Below are positions 19,044 through 27,753 of a stretch of DNA of 64,000 nucleotides, piece by piece. Under the pieces are notes generated by a model. The model was not told where the DNA came from and did no database searches. It saw only the letters and a program-made list of their open reading frames with translations. The position numbers were made by a program, and so were the translations under genes. The DNA is taken from positions 1 through 64,000 of the forward strand of contig JBBRLQ010000013.1 in NCBI GenBank assembly GCA_038231275.1, given 5' to 3'. The stretch comes from Polyangiales bacterium. GTDB lineage: Bacteria > Myxococcota_A > Polyangia > Polyangiales > Polyangiaceae. How positions within the stretch are numbered: the stretch's first letter is position 1; each line of letters starts with the position of its first letter.

Positions 19044-19856
19044 TCAGGCCTTGGTGATGAGCGTGCCGACGTCCTCGCCGGCGAGCGCGCGGGTGAGCAT
19101 GCCACGCTCGAGTCCGTTGACGATCTGCAGCTCGTGGCACGATCGCGCGCGCACGAGGTACTCGATGACGACGCGCTCGAGGATCATGTCGGGCAAGTCG
19201 GCCTTCAGGAGGTCGCTCGCGGTGATGCGCGGGATGTGCTTGGCCTTGGGGTTCTTCTTCGGATCGTCCTCGAAGAGGCCGGCCTCGTCCTTGACGAAGA
19301 TGGCGCGCTTGCAGCCGAGCACCTCGGCGCTCAAGAAGACGCCGGCGTCGGTGCGGTGCTGCGGGATGCGCCCGTTCTCGGTCGGCTTCTCCCAGTACCC
19401 GAACGGCGGCATGCCCGTCATGATCGGGATGCAGCCGAGTCGGAAGTAGAGCGGCAGCTTCTCGAAGTCGTCGTGCATGATGTAGATCCCGCCGTGCTTG
19501 GCGAGGAGCATCTGCAGCATGCGGGCGTTCTGGCGCGGGACGTACCCGCCGAGCGCCGCGAGAATGCCGGTGGGCAGCTCGAGATCACTGGCCATCGCGT
19601 AGATGTGCCGCGCGCGTGTTCCGCCGCCGCAGCAGAGGAGCAGCTTGTACATGTCCTTCGCGGCCGCGACCTCCTCGAGGATCGGGAAGAGCGCAGCGCG
19701 TCCGCGATCCATCACCGACTGACCGCCGATCTTGACGACCTTCACGTCGGGCATCATCGCGACGGCGTCGTACGTAAAGCCACCCTTCTCGCCGTCTCCC
19801 ACGCCGGTGAGCGGCGAGTCGGCGAACTGGCTCTCGATGCGCTTCCTCTCAAGCAT
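19044..19856 (-). CDS. mosB: Molybdenum storage protein (MoSto) beta-like subunit, amino-acid-kinase fold
   Basis: PDVKVVKIGGQSVMDRGRAA, GGGTRARHIY, GMPP, IPQHRTDAG, IFVKDEAGL and QIVNGL...LTRALAGEDVGT match remembered MoSto motifs; directly upstream of modA. Confidence 0.8.
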   Translation of the reverse strand: MLERKRIESQFADSPLTGVGDGEKGGFTYDAVAMMPDVKVVKIGGQSVMDRGRAALFPILEEVAAAKDMYKLLLCCGGGTRARHIYAMASDLELPTGILAALGGYVPRQNARMLQMLLAKHGGIYIMHDDFEKLPLYFRLGCIPIMTGMPPFGYWEKPTENGRIPQHRTDAGVFLSAEVLGCKRAIFVKDEAGLFEDDPKKNPKAKHIPRITASDLLKADLPDMILERVVIEYLVRARSCHELQIVNGLERGMLTRALAGEDVGTLITKA

Positions 19857-20691
19857 GGGTCATCTCCTTCTCGATGACCGTGCCGACGTCTTCGCCGGCC
19901 AGCGCTCGAGTGAGCTCACCTTGCTTGAGGCCGTTGATGATCTGCACCTTCTTTACGTGCCGCGCGGTCTTCCACGCCGTGAAGAGGAGGCGATCCAAGA
20001 TGAGCTCTTCCGGCATGTCGGTGAGGAGCTTCGCGAGCGTCGTCTTCTTGATCTGCTTGGCGTCCGAGTGCTTCTTCGGGTCCTTGGTGAAGAGACCGTC
20101 CTCGTCCTTCACGAAGATGATCTTCTGCATGCCGAGCACCTCGGCGTGGATGAAGAGACCGAAGTCCGAGCCGTGCGTGGGCATCGGGCCCTCTTCGGGC
20201 GGCGGCTCCCAGAAGTGGTAGGGCGGGACCGAGATGACGATCGGCATCATCCCGTTCTCGAGGTAGAGCGGCAGCTCCCAGAAGTGCTCGCGCTGCATGA
20301 CGATCGAGCCATGCTTGGCGAGGAGCGCGTTCAGGAAGACGGCGTTCGCCTCCTCCATCGCGCCGACCAGCTGCGCGACGCCGCCGGTGGGCAGACCCAG
20401 ATCGAGCGCGATCGAAATCGTGTGGCGCACGCGCGTCCCGCCGCCGACGCCGATGACCATCTGGTGCTTGCCGCGCGCCGCCGAGAGCTCGTCGGCGATC
20501 GGGAGCAGCGCGCCCTTGCCGCGGTCGAAGATCGAGTGCCCTCCGAGGCTGACGAGCGTGACGTCGGGCAAGATCGAGAACTCACGCTCCGAGTTCGTCT
20601 TGGCGATGACACGACGGTCGACGAGCGACTCGCGCATGAGAGAAGAGGAGATGTGGGTCCGGCCGTCGCCGGTGACGAGCTTGCTGGTCAT
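19849..20691 (-). CDS. mosA: Molybdenum storage protein (MoSto) alpha-like subunit
   Basis: N-terminal HISSSLMRESLVDR, GGGTRVRH, PPYHFW, IFVKDEDGL and ARHVKKVQIINGL; tandem paralog of the next gene. Alpha/beta assignment is tentative. Confidence 0.72.
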   Translation of the reverse strand: MTSKLVTGDGRTHISSSLMRESLVDRRVIAKTNSEREFSILPDVTLVSLGGHSIFDRGKGALLPIADELSAARGKHQMVIGVGGGTRVRHTISIALDLGLPTGGVAQLVGAMEEANAVFLNALLAKHGSIVMQREHFWELPLYLENGMMPIVISVPPYHFWEPPPEEGPMPTHGSDFGLFIHAEVLGMQKIIFVKDEDGLFTKDPKKHSDAKQIKKTTLAKLLTDMPEELILDRLLFTAWKTARHVKKVQIINGLKQGELTRALAGEDVGTVIEKEMTHA

Positions 20692-20716
20692 TGCTTATTT
20701 CTCGGGAGATCGTGCG

Positions 20717-21967
20717 TTACGAGTGTTCCTGCGCCGAGGCAGGATCGCCTGTTACAGTTTTGTTACTTTCGGGACGGCGAAACTCGGCGAGCGGCTTCAA
20801 GATCTGCCAGCTGACCGCGCCGGAGAGTACGCCGAAGAGCGTGTGGACCGTGAGCCCCGGGATCAGCATCGCCCACGCGACCGCCGGCGCCTGCACGCTG
20901 AGGGTCACGACGAAGATCGTCGCGAAGCGGCACGCGCCCATCAGGCCACCGACCCACGACCACGTGATCGGGCCGGGGAGCTTCCCGCCACGCGTGAGGA
21001 TCGGGACGAGCAGATCGCAGACGAGCCCGGGGGCGACGTGCTTGGCGATCTCGAAGATGCCGTAGCGCCCGTCGCCGAGGAGGAACGCGACCGTGCCCAT
21101 GACGAGGCCGGTCAGCGTCGCGCCGAAGCGCGATTTCGTCTTCACCGCAGCGACGATGTAGAGCGGCGTCAGGATGACGAGCTTGTGGCCCGGCGCGAAG
21201 GGGATGCTCGGGAGGATCTTGAGCGCTTTGATGCCGAGCATCGTGAGCGCCATGCCGGCGATGACCGCCACGTCGGCGGCCATGCGCTTTCCGCCCTCAC
21301 CCGCGGCGCCGAGATCGTGCCCCGCGAGGTGCTCCTCGGTCCGTGCGATCTGACGCTCCATCCGGCGGAGGATCGGCGCGACGTCACCGCGCCCGAGGCG
21401 TTTCACGGACGCCCAGAACCCTTCGTGCGGCTCTCCATCGGCATTGCGTCCGCCGCCGCCACCGCCGCCACCGCCGCCACCACCACCGCCGCCGCCTCCA
21501 CCGCCACCACGCCCTCGGCCGCTCGTCCCCATCAGCGCGAGGACGGCGTCGATCGACGCGGCGACGATCTTCGGAACGCCGAGCTTGCCCATCCCCGCGG
21601 CGATCGCGCGCTCGTCGCCGGCGCGCGCCACCTGCGACGCGAGGACGACGCAGAGGACGCGCAGGACCATCAGCCCGCCCAGGATCGCGCCGGCGACGTT
21701 GAGACTCACCGTCCATCCGCCGAGGTGCACCGGCACCCAGCGATCGATCGCCGGATCCTCGGACGTGAGCGCGTACGAGAGGCCGATGAACGCTGCGAAG
21801 CCCCAGAGCTTCGTCACCTGACGCACGAGCCGCCTCGGCGGCAGGCGCACGATCAGCCACAAAATAGCCTGGCTCGCCGCGAGCGCGCCGAGCTGCCACG
21901 GCTGCCGCAGGAAGAAGACCCCGATGGCCACCCCGACCAGGTAGAGAACGCGCAGGCGGGGGTCCAT
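20717..21967 (-). CDS. Membrane protein: EcfT/CbiQ-like N-terminal half, poly-Gly linker, ECF S-component-like C-terminal half
   Basis: Starts MDPRLR; LGGLMVLRVL...AIAAGMGKLGVP is an EcfT-like pattern; Gly20; then a multi-TM domain with PGH and FGATLTGLVMG...GLVCDLL, like S components. Confidence 0.65.
   Translation of the reverse strand: MDPRLRVLYLVGVAIGVFFLRQPWQLGALAASQAILWLIVRLPPRRLVRQVTKLWGFAAFIGLSYALTSEDPAIDRWVPVHLGGWTVSLNVAGAILGGLMVLRVLCVVLASQVARAGDERAIAAGMGKLGVPKIVAASIDAVLALMGTSGRGRGGGGGGGGGGGGGGGGGGGGRNADGEPHEGFWASVKRLGRGDVAPILRRMERQIARTEEHLAGHDLGAAGEGGKRMAADVAVIAGMALTMLGIKALKILPSIPFAPGHKLVILTPLYIVAAVKTKSRFGATLTGLVMGTVAFLLGDGRYGIFEIAKHVAPGLVCDLLVPILTRGGKLPGPITWSWVGGLMGACRFATIFVVTLSVQAPAVAWAMLIPGLTVHTLFGVLSGAVSWQILKPLAEFRRPESNKTVTGDPASAQEHS
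20750..20766 (-). promoter_or_regulatory. Pho-box-like direct repeat upstream of mosA
   Basis: Minus strand GTAACA-AAACT-GTAACA (11-bp period), inside the 3' end of the upstream gene. Confidence 0.6.
21449..21508 (-). repeat. Poly-glycine tract (20 GGN codons)
   Basis: Mixed GGC/GGT/GGA codons counted directly. Confidence 0.9.
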
Positions 21968-22002
21968 CGAAGAAGCCTACCACCCCAGCCGGCGGCCGAA
22001 GC

Positions 22003-22500
22003 TTAGGGGGTCCCGGCTTCTTGCTCCGCCTTCGTCTTCAGCGGCGGGCACACGCTCCTCAGGATCTTCTGGTTCACGGGCGGGAGCGACCGGAGGTACT
22101 TCACGATGGAGTACGTCTCGAAGTCGTTCATCGTCGAGAAGTGCTTCATCTGCGGGCAGAGCTCGAGCCCGCCGAGATCGACTCCCGTACGGATCGCGAG
22201 CGCAAGCTGGTCGTCGGTCCACGCGGCGACGCCGTAGGTGGGATCAGGCGTGAGGTTCGGCGGGTAGAGCTCCACGGTCGGATCCTGCGGGTAAGCGATC
22301 GCCGCCACGGCGCCCGCCATGTTCTGCCCGTGGCACTTCACGCAGTCGCGCGTGACGACGGACGCCTTGCCCTGCTCGAGCGTCGCCTGGTCCTTGCCGG
22401 TGGGCGTTCCTCCGTCCCCGCTGTCGCCGCTCTTGCTGCTGCTGCACGCCGCGAGGACGCCTACCGCACCCGTCGCGAAAAGCCAAAGCCACCGTCGCAT
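22003..22500 (-). CDS. Monoheme cytochrome c lipoprotein
   Basis: Lipobox LAAC, CVKCH, YPPNLTPD, WTDDQLALAIRTG, PQM and YLRSLPPV. Confidence 0.85.
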   Translation of the reverse strand: MRRWLWLFATGAVGVLAACSSSKSGDSGDGGTPTGKDQATLEQGKASVVTRDCVKCHGQNMAGAVAAIAYPQDPTVELYPPNLTPDPTYGVAAWTDDQLALAIRTGVDLGGLELCPQMKHFSTMNDFETYSIVKYLRSLPPVNQKILRSVCPPLKTKAEQEAGTP

Positions 22501-22544
22501 ACGCTCACTCCTCTTGGATCGGATCGTCCTCACGAAAATGAGAA

Positions 22545-22575
22545 CGGCCCCGCTCTCTCGTGGAGAGCAGGGCCG
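22545..22575 (-). terminator. Intrinsic terminator candidate after 22609-23595
   Basis: Hairpin CGGCCC-CGCTCTC / GAGAGC-AGGGCCG, followed on the minus strand by TTCTCATTTT. Confidence 0.65.
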
Positions 22576-22608
22576 AGCTCTATGCCTTGTAGCCGTGACT
22601 CGTTCTAA

Positions 22609-23595
22609 TCACTGACCGCATGTCTTGGCATTGTACTTCGTGATGATGTCCTGCGCGAACGCGTCGATCGCAGTCGCCATCGTCGGAGTGATGGTGAACA
22701 TCGGGTGCGAGTAGGGCGCACCCGTCGAGGTCGCGGTGGACTTGTCCTTCAGCGCAGCCGACGCGACGAGCGAGGTGCCGTTCGTGCCGATGTACTTGCT
22801 GATGATGTTGATGCCCTCGGGCGAGAGCGCGTTGTCCTGGAGCGCCTTCAGCGTCGGCGTGCCGATCGCGCTGAAATTCGCGTGCATCGCGTACTCGCCC
22901 TGCGTGTGGCAGGTCTGGCACGGAGCCTGGTTGCAGCCGGTGCAGGTGTTGGCGTTCTCGTTGGTGCGCCGGATCGTGCGCAGCTTGTCGAGGCCGATCG
23001 CCTGGAACTTCGTGGTGTCGATGCAGGTGCCGAGCTTGGCCAGGATGCTCGTCGGCGTGTTCACGCCGCGAACCTGGGCCTCCATCGCCAGCCACGTGTT
23101 CATGTCGCCGGTCTCCTGCGCGGTGAGCGCGGGGCCCGTGTGCTGTCCCTTTCGGAGGAGCATCGACGTCGTCATGATGTAGCCGCGCGCCTCGACGGAC
23201 GCGTAGGCGGTGACGGCGTCGGCGTTCCAGAAGGTCGGCGCGCCGGACGCGCCGGGCGGCGCGTGGCAGCTGGCGCACGTCGTGGTCAGCTCGGGGAACA
23301 CGGTCTTGACGAAGTATTCCTTCGCGGTCGGCGACGTCACGCCGGGCGGGGGAACATCGGGCGGAGTGACGACGCCGCCGGAGCTCGTCGTCCCGGGGAT
23401 GGTGCCGCCGCTGGAGGTGCCACCGCTGGTGCTGCCGCCGCTCGTGGAGCCGCCGCTGCTGGTGCCACCGGAGCTGCTGCCGCCGCCGCCGGGATCATTC
23501 TGGCCGAGCGTATTCGGGTCGGTGCTTCCGCACGCCAGCGCAGTTGCACCGGCGAGCGCCGCGACCAGTGCGAAGGCGTACGGCTTCATGTTCAC
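22609..23595 (-). CDS. Di-heme c-type cytochrome lipoprotein with Gly/Ser linker
   Basis: Lipobox ALAC, (TSSGG)n linker, CASCH and CTGCNQAPCQTCH. Confidence 0.75.
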   Translation of the reverse strand: MNMKPYAFALVAALAGATALACGSTDPNTLGQNDPGGGGSSSGGTSSGGSTSGGSTSGGTSSGGTIPGTTSSGGVVTPPDVPPPGVTSPTAKEYFVKTVFPELTTTCASCHAPPGASGAPTFWNADAVTAYASVEARGYIMTTSMLLRKGQHTGPALTAQETGDMNTWLAMEAQVRGVNTPTSILAKLGTCIDTTKFQAIGLDKLRTIRRTNENANTCTGCNQAPCQTCHTQGEYAMHANFSAIGTPTLKALQDNALSPEGINIISKYIGTNGTSLVASAALKDKSTATSTGAPYSHPMFTITPTMATAIDAFAQDIITKYNAKTCGQ

Positions 23596-25553
23596 TTCTC
23601 CCCTTGCTTGCGGCGGAGGGCCAGGAGCATTCCGAGTCCGACGAGGAAGAGGCCGCCTGCGCCGCCGGTGCTGGTTCCGGTCGTGGAGACCGCGCAGCCC
23701 GAGTTCGCGCCGTCGAGGCCGTTGTGGAACGCGCCGCTGTTCGGATCCGGGCTGTCACCGCCGGGGATGACGCTGGGCGGGGGCTCGGCGTTCGGGCTGG
23801 GGTTGGTGCCGGGGACGTTCACGCGCGGGAGCGGGCCGGTGACGCTGGGCTGTCCGTCGGGGCCGACGCCGGGCGTTCCGGTCGGGCCGCCGGGGATGGT
23901 CGGCGTGCTGGGGATCCACGACGCGGGGACGAGCGAGAGGTAGATGCTCTCGCGCGCGGCGAGCTTCGCGGTGTCGGCGCTGGTGTAGCCCTGGACCGCC
24001 GACCCGATGAGCGTCTTCACTTCCGGCATGAACGCCGTGGCGCCCTTGTTGTAGCCCGGGTTCTGGATGCCGCCCTGGGCGTAGATGAAGCCGCGGCCCT
24101 GGTTGTTCGGGTTGCGCTTGCCGCGGACGACGGTGCCGGCGATGTCACTGTAGGTTGACGTGGCGTAGAGCTTGAGCGGGTCCTTTGTGCCGATGACGTT
24201 GTTCACGCTGTCGAGCGGCAGAATCTGGACGAAGCCCTTGCCCGTACCGGTCGACGAGGCGCCCATCGAGACGACGACCGGCATCTCGCTGCCTTCCGGG
24301 CCCCACGTCGCGCCGATGGCGCCGGCGTGACGCGCGTACGGCGCCACGTTCGACATCATCGGGCCAACAGGCGCGAGGGTCGTCTTGTCGAACATCGCGA
24401 GGTTCGACTCGTTGATGCCGCCGGTGTGGCCGTTGTTGCCGTTGCCGGGGCCGCCGCGGACCGCCGCGCTCGTCTGGTAGCTGACGGCGATGTACTTTCC
24501 GAGGTCGGCGATGTTCGGCTGCACCGCGTACTTGTTGTTCTTCGGGTCGCTCTTGGCGATGAGCGCGGTCTTGATGACCTTGCCGGTCGTGACATCGAAG
24601 GAGAGGAGGCGGACACCGACATTGGCCGGCTGCGTGTTCGCCTCGACGCTGGTGAGGTACGCCGTCTTGCCGTCGGCCGAGTTGGTGACGACGTCGGGGC
24701 GACAGTGCTGCGCGTTCTGGATGACGCGGTTCAGGTATTTGACGTCGAGCTTGACGCCGCCGCCCGCCGCGTCCTCGATCACGTCGGTGCGGAGGACGTA
24801 CGCGTTGTTGTTGTTGCGCTGCACGCCCATGACGAACGCATTGTCGGTGCCCTGAACGCGGGCGATCGAGTGCGCGCCGTACTGTTGGTTGTCGTTGTTG
24901 CCCGAGAGCTCGATGAGGTTGGTCGGCTTGAGGAGGCTGTTGCTCCGGTTCGTGTTGGTGACCTTGACCGGCTTCATCGTCGCCTTGTCGTAGACGAACG
25001 CGACGATCTGCGGGTTGTTGTTCTGGCCGTTGTCCTCGCTCGCGCCGACGAGCAAGTAGTACTTGTTCGTCGCCATGATGTTCGGCTTGGCGAACGTGCG
25101 GTCGCCCTCGAGCTCGGGGAGCTCGACGTACTGCATCGCGTCGACCTGCGGGCCCTGCGTCGTGAGGTGCGTGACCGCGAACGCCGCCTGCATGTAGCTG
25201 TTGTTGCTGTTCGGGTTGACCGTGTTGGCCGTCCGCGTCGCGATGAAGAGGAGGGGGACGTCCGTGGCAAAGCTGGTCGCCGCCGTCGGGCTGTCGTCGA
25301 CCTTCAGCTGGGGATCCATGAAGCCGACGCCGGTGCAGCGGCCGACGCGCGGGACCTTGTTGCCGGCCGCGTCGGTCTTGGTCGGGCCGAGGAGGTCACC
25401 GATCATCTTCGGCAGGATCTGGTGGTACGTGTTGAGCACCACCGTGCCGCCCGTCTGCCCGCCGGCCTGGGGAACGTCCGCCTTCGCGCTCGCCGTTGCA
25501 CCAACGATCGCGAGAGTCGAGAGAGCCACTGTGCAGATACGGGACGTCTTCAT
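23592..25553 (-). CDS. Secreted surface protein with MYXO-CTERM-like C-terminal sorting signal
   Basis: Signal peptide, Asn-rich beta-type body, Pro/Gly linker and SGCAV...GGLFLVGLGMLLALRRK tail. Confidence 0.75.
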   Translation of the reverse strand: MKTSRICTVALSTLAIVGATASAKADVPQAGGQTGGTVVLNTYHQILPKMIGDLLGPTKTDAAGNKVPRVGRCTGVGFMDPQLKVDDSPTAATSFATDVPLLFIATRTANTVNPNSNNSYMQAAFAVTHLTTQGPQVDAMQYVELPELEGDRTFAKPNIMATNKYYLLVGASEDNGQNNNPQIVAFVYDKATMKPVKVTNTNRSNSLLKPTNLIELSGNNDNQQYGAHSIARVQGTDNAFVMGVQRNNNNAYVLRTDVIEDAAGGGVKLDVKYLNRVIQNAQHCRPDVVTNSADGKTAYLTSVEANTQPANVGVRLLSFDVTTGKVIKTALIAKSDPKNNKYAVQPNIADLGKYIAVSYQTSAAVRGGPGNGNNGHTGGINESNLAMFDKTTLAPVGPMMSNVAPYARHAGAIGATWGPEGSEMPVVVSMGASSTGTGKGFVQILPLDSVNNVIGTKDPLKLYATSTYSDIAGTVVRGKRNPNNQGRGFIYAQGGIQNPGYNKGATAFMPEVKTLIGSAVQGYTSADTAKLAARESIYLSLVPASWIPSTPTIPGGPTGTPGVGPDGQPSVTGPLPRVNVPGTNPSPNAEPPPSVIPGGDSPDPNSGAFHNGLDGANSGCAVSTTGTSTGGAGGLFLVGLGMLLALRRKQGEK

Positions 25554-25607
25554 TTTGAATGCCTCCGAGCGAACGGTTCGGTGCGAGCAGCCTCGCAAGC
25601 CACCTAG

Positions 25608-26708
25608 CTATCGCTTGTTTTCCTGGTCGTCGTTGCGCGCGTCGTCGTTTGCGGCGAGCTGCGCGCTGAGATTGGTCATGTCCGAGATCGCGACGAGCTC
25701 ACGGCTCATCGGGGTCGTGTGCTTGTAAACGTGCACGCTGGTGACGAGCGCGTCCTTGTCGACGCCCCCGTCGGCCTGCATCGACGCGGGGACACGCACC
25801 AGAACCTTGCCGTGCTGGTGCTTGCCCAAGGTGAAAAAGATCTCGTCCGAAACTTTTGCCCACTTCATCGCGTCGGCGCGGCCGACGACCTCGTCGCCGC
25901 TCACGAGCTCGACGGAGGTGGCGCCCGCGGTGTCGGCGCCGAGCGCCGTCGCGAGCTTGGCGAGGGAGAGCTTGGCGTCGCCGTCGGCGGTGGCGCCCAT
26001 CGCGATGCCGTCGCTCACGAGCTTGCGCTTCACGACGCCGGCGAGCTTGCCGTCGACGTAGAGGCGCGTGCCCTTTGCGGCGTCGACCGTGGCGTAGGGG
26101 ATCGCGTCCGAGCAGTCGCCGTCGGCGCCGACGATGCACTGCTTGCCCTTGGCGATCTTCGGCGCGTCCTTGCCGACGAAGACCTCGAACTTACGGATCT
26201 CGTGGACGATGAAGAGGTTCTTCAGGCCCGTCGTGTCCCACGCCGCCTCGGCGCCGCCGGTGATGCCCGCGCTGAAGCGAACCACGAAGCGGTCCTGCTC
26301 CTTCGTGAGCTCCTTGCCGTCGACGCTGCCGATGCGGCTCGTGTTGTCCCAGACGTAGATCGACTTGACGGTCTCGGGGGCGACGCCGATGGCCTTGAGG
26401 TACTCGGCGAGGCGGAACGCGGGCGCCTCGTCGGAGCCGATGTTCGCGATGCCGGGCATGTCGCCGTACCGGAGGACGCCCTTCTGGACGCCGTCGACGT
26501 AGACGGGGAGGTCGAGGCCCTTGAGCTTGCGGCTGCCGTGCATGTCGGCCGGGACGCCGCCCGCCCCTGCCATCGCCGGGTCCTCGACCTTGGCCTGGAC
26601 CGGCGCTGCCGCCTTCGTGGCCGGCTCGGCGTTCTTCTTGGAGCAGCCCGTCGCGACGATGGCCGTCGTGGCTGCAAAGAAGATCCAGCTGAGGAGGGAG
26701 CCGCGCAT
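25608..26708 (-). CDS. Lipoprotein with two internally repeated domains
   Basis: Lipobox ATGC; repeats VYVDG...FRLAEYLKAIG...IRKFEVF and LYVDG...LSLAKLATALG...VTSVHVY. Confidence 0.7.
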   Translation of the reverse strand: MRGSLLSWIFFAATTAIVATGCSKKNAEPATKAAAPVQAKVEDPAMAGAGGVPADMHGSRKLKGLDLPVYVDGVQKGVLRYGDMPGIANIGSDEAPAFRLAEYLKAIGVAPETVKSIYVWDNTSRIGSVDGKELTKEQDRFVVRFSAGITGGAEAAWDTTGLKNLFIVHEIRKFEVFVGKDAPKIAKGKQCIVGADGDCSDAIPYATVDAAKGTRLYVDGKLAGVVKRKLVSDGIAMGATADGDAKLSLAKLATALGADTAGATSVELVSGDEVVGRADAMKWAKVSDEIFFTLGKHQHGKVLVRVPASMQADGGVDKDALVTSVHVYKHTTPMSRELVAISDMTNLSAQLAANDDARNDDQENKR

Positions 26709-26822
26709 GCAGACCCTCAGTGCACCCCGTGTGCCGAACACTGCCGCTGGATTTTCCGCGCCCCACCGCACGCAAGTGCTTGGAGTCCGCACCCCAGCGG
26801 ACGAAAAGCCGCTATCCCCCGC

Positions 26823-26839
26823 GGTTACCTGGTTGTTAC
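26823..26839 (-). promoter_or_regulatory. Pho-box-like direct repeat upstream of the 26708-22609 operon
   Basis: Minus strand GTAACA-ACCAG-GTAACC (11-bp period). Confidence 0.6.
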
Positions 26840-27056
26840 ACGCGATCCAGGGGTGACTTCGTCGCTACCCGGGGCGGTTGGAGGGCGATGTAGGTTGGAT
26901 CCCCCGGTGACCACCCAAAACCCCCGAAATCTGCCCCGACTGGACAGGCGACCTGCCAGATCCGCCTGGCACCCGGACAAACTGCTGCCAACAGCCATCA
27001 CCCCCTGGATCGGCAACTTGCTGCCTGTGCCCATCAATGGGCATACAATTCACGGA

Positions 27057-27743
27057 ATGCGGCGAATTCTTTTGGGACTTTTTGGTGGTGCGATCGTCCT
27101 CGCCTCGGCGTGCGACGCCGGTGACGACACAGTGCAACCGCTGTCCAAAAAGGATGCAGGAGGCGACGCCACGACCGGCGGAGACGCAGGGGGGACGGAG
27201 GGTGGCGTCATCAACACCAACTCGACCTGCTTCAAGATCGGCGGTTTCTCGAAGGTCCAGGCGATCTCCTCGGCTGTGCTGAAGGCGGCCTCCGCGGACT
27301 GCCGGATCGGGGCCTACTTCACGGGGCTCGCCCTCACCGAGCAGACCCATTTCACCGACTGCTTCGCCAAGCAGCTCGGGGAGATGCTCCAGTGCGACGG
27401 CGTCACCTACGCGGGGAGCATCGACTCGCTCCAGGTGGCGTGCCGGTCGCTGGCGGACGCGCACCAGGCGATCAATCCGCAAATCACCGCCGCCGACTTC
27501 GACGCGTTCGTGGCGGACGTCACGAGCGTGATGAAGCAGCTGGGCGTGAGCACGGCGGATCTCGGGACGATCGCGCCGCTCCTGAACGGTACGCGCGGGC
27601 CGGTTCAACAGTCGGCTGACAACACGCTGGGTCAGACGACCTGCGACGCCGGCGCGGTCGACGACGCCGAAGCAGGAGCCGACGGCGCAACCGACTCCGA
27701 CAGCGGATCGGACACGGGCGCCGACGCCGACGACGCGGGCTGA
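27057..27743 (+). CDS. Lipoprotein with group I truncated (2/2) globin domain
   Basis: Lipobox ASAC; FKIGG (AB Gly-Gly), D.RIGAYF (CD1 Phe), YAG, RSLADAH (proximal His F8), ITAADFDAFV and LGV. Confidence 0.8.
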   Translation: MRRILLGLFGGAIVLASACDAGDDTVQPLSKKDAGGDATTGGDAGGTEGGVINTNSTCFKIGGFSKVQAISSAVLKAASADCRIGAYFTGLALTEQTHFTDCFAKQLGEMLQCDGVTYAGSIDSLQVACRSLADAHQAINPQITAADFDAFVADVTSVMKQLGVSTADLGTIAPLLNGTRGPVQQSADNTLGQTTCDAGAVDDAEAGADGATDSDSGSDTGADADDAG

Positions 27744-27753
27744 TCGTCCGCCG

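Noticed and set aside
19044..20691. Uridylate kinase (pyrH) annotation for the tandem kinase-fold genes
   Set aside because: The tandem paralog pair, MoSto-specific motifs and position next to modA fit molybdenum storage proteins better.
26895..26960. Cobalamin-riboswitch-like words (CCGGTGA, CTGCCCCG, CAGGCGACCTGCC) upstream of the globin
   Set aside because: The GGGAA, T-loop and GCCACTG core elements are missing and I could not build the fold. An Rfam cmscan would settle it.
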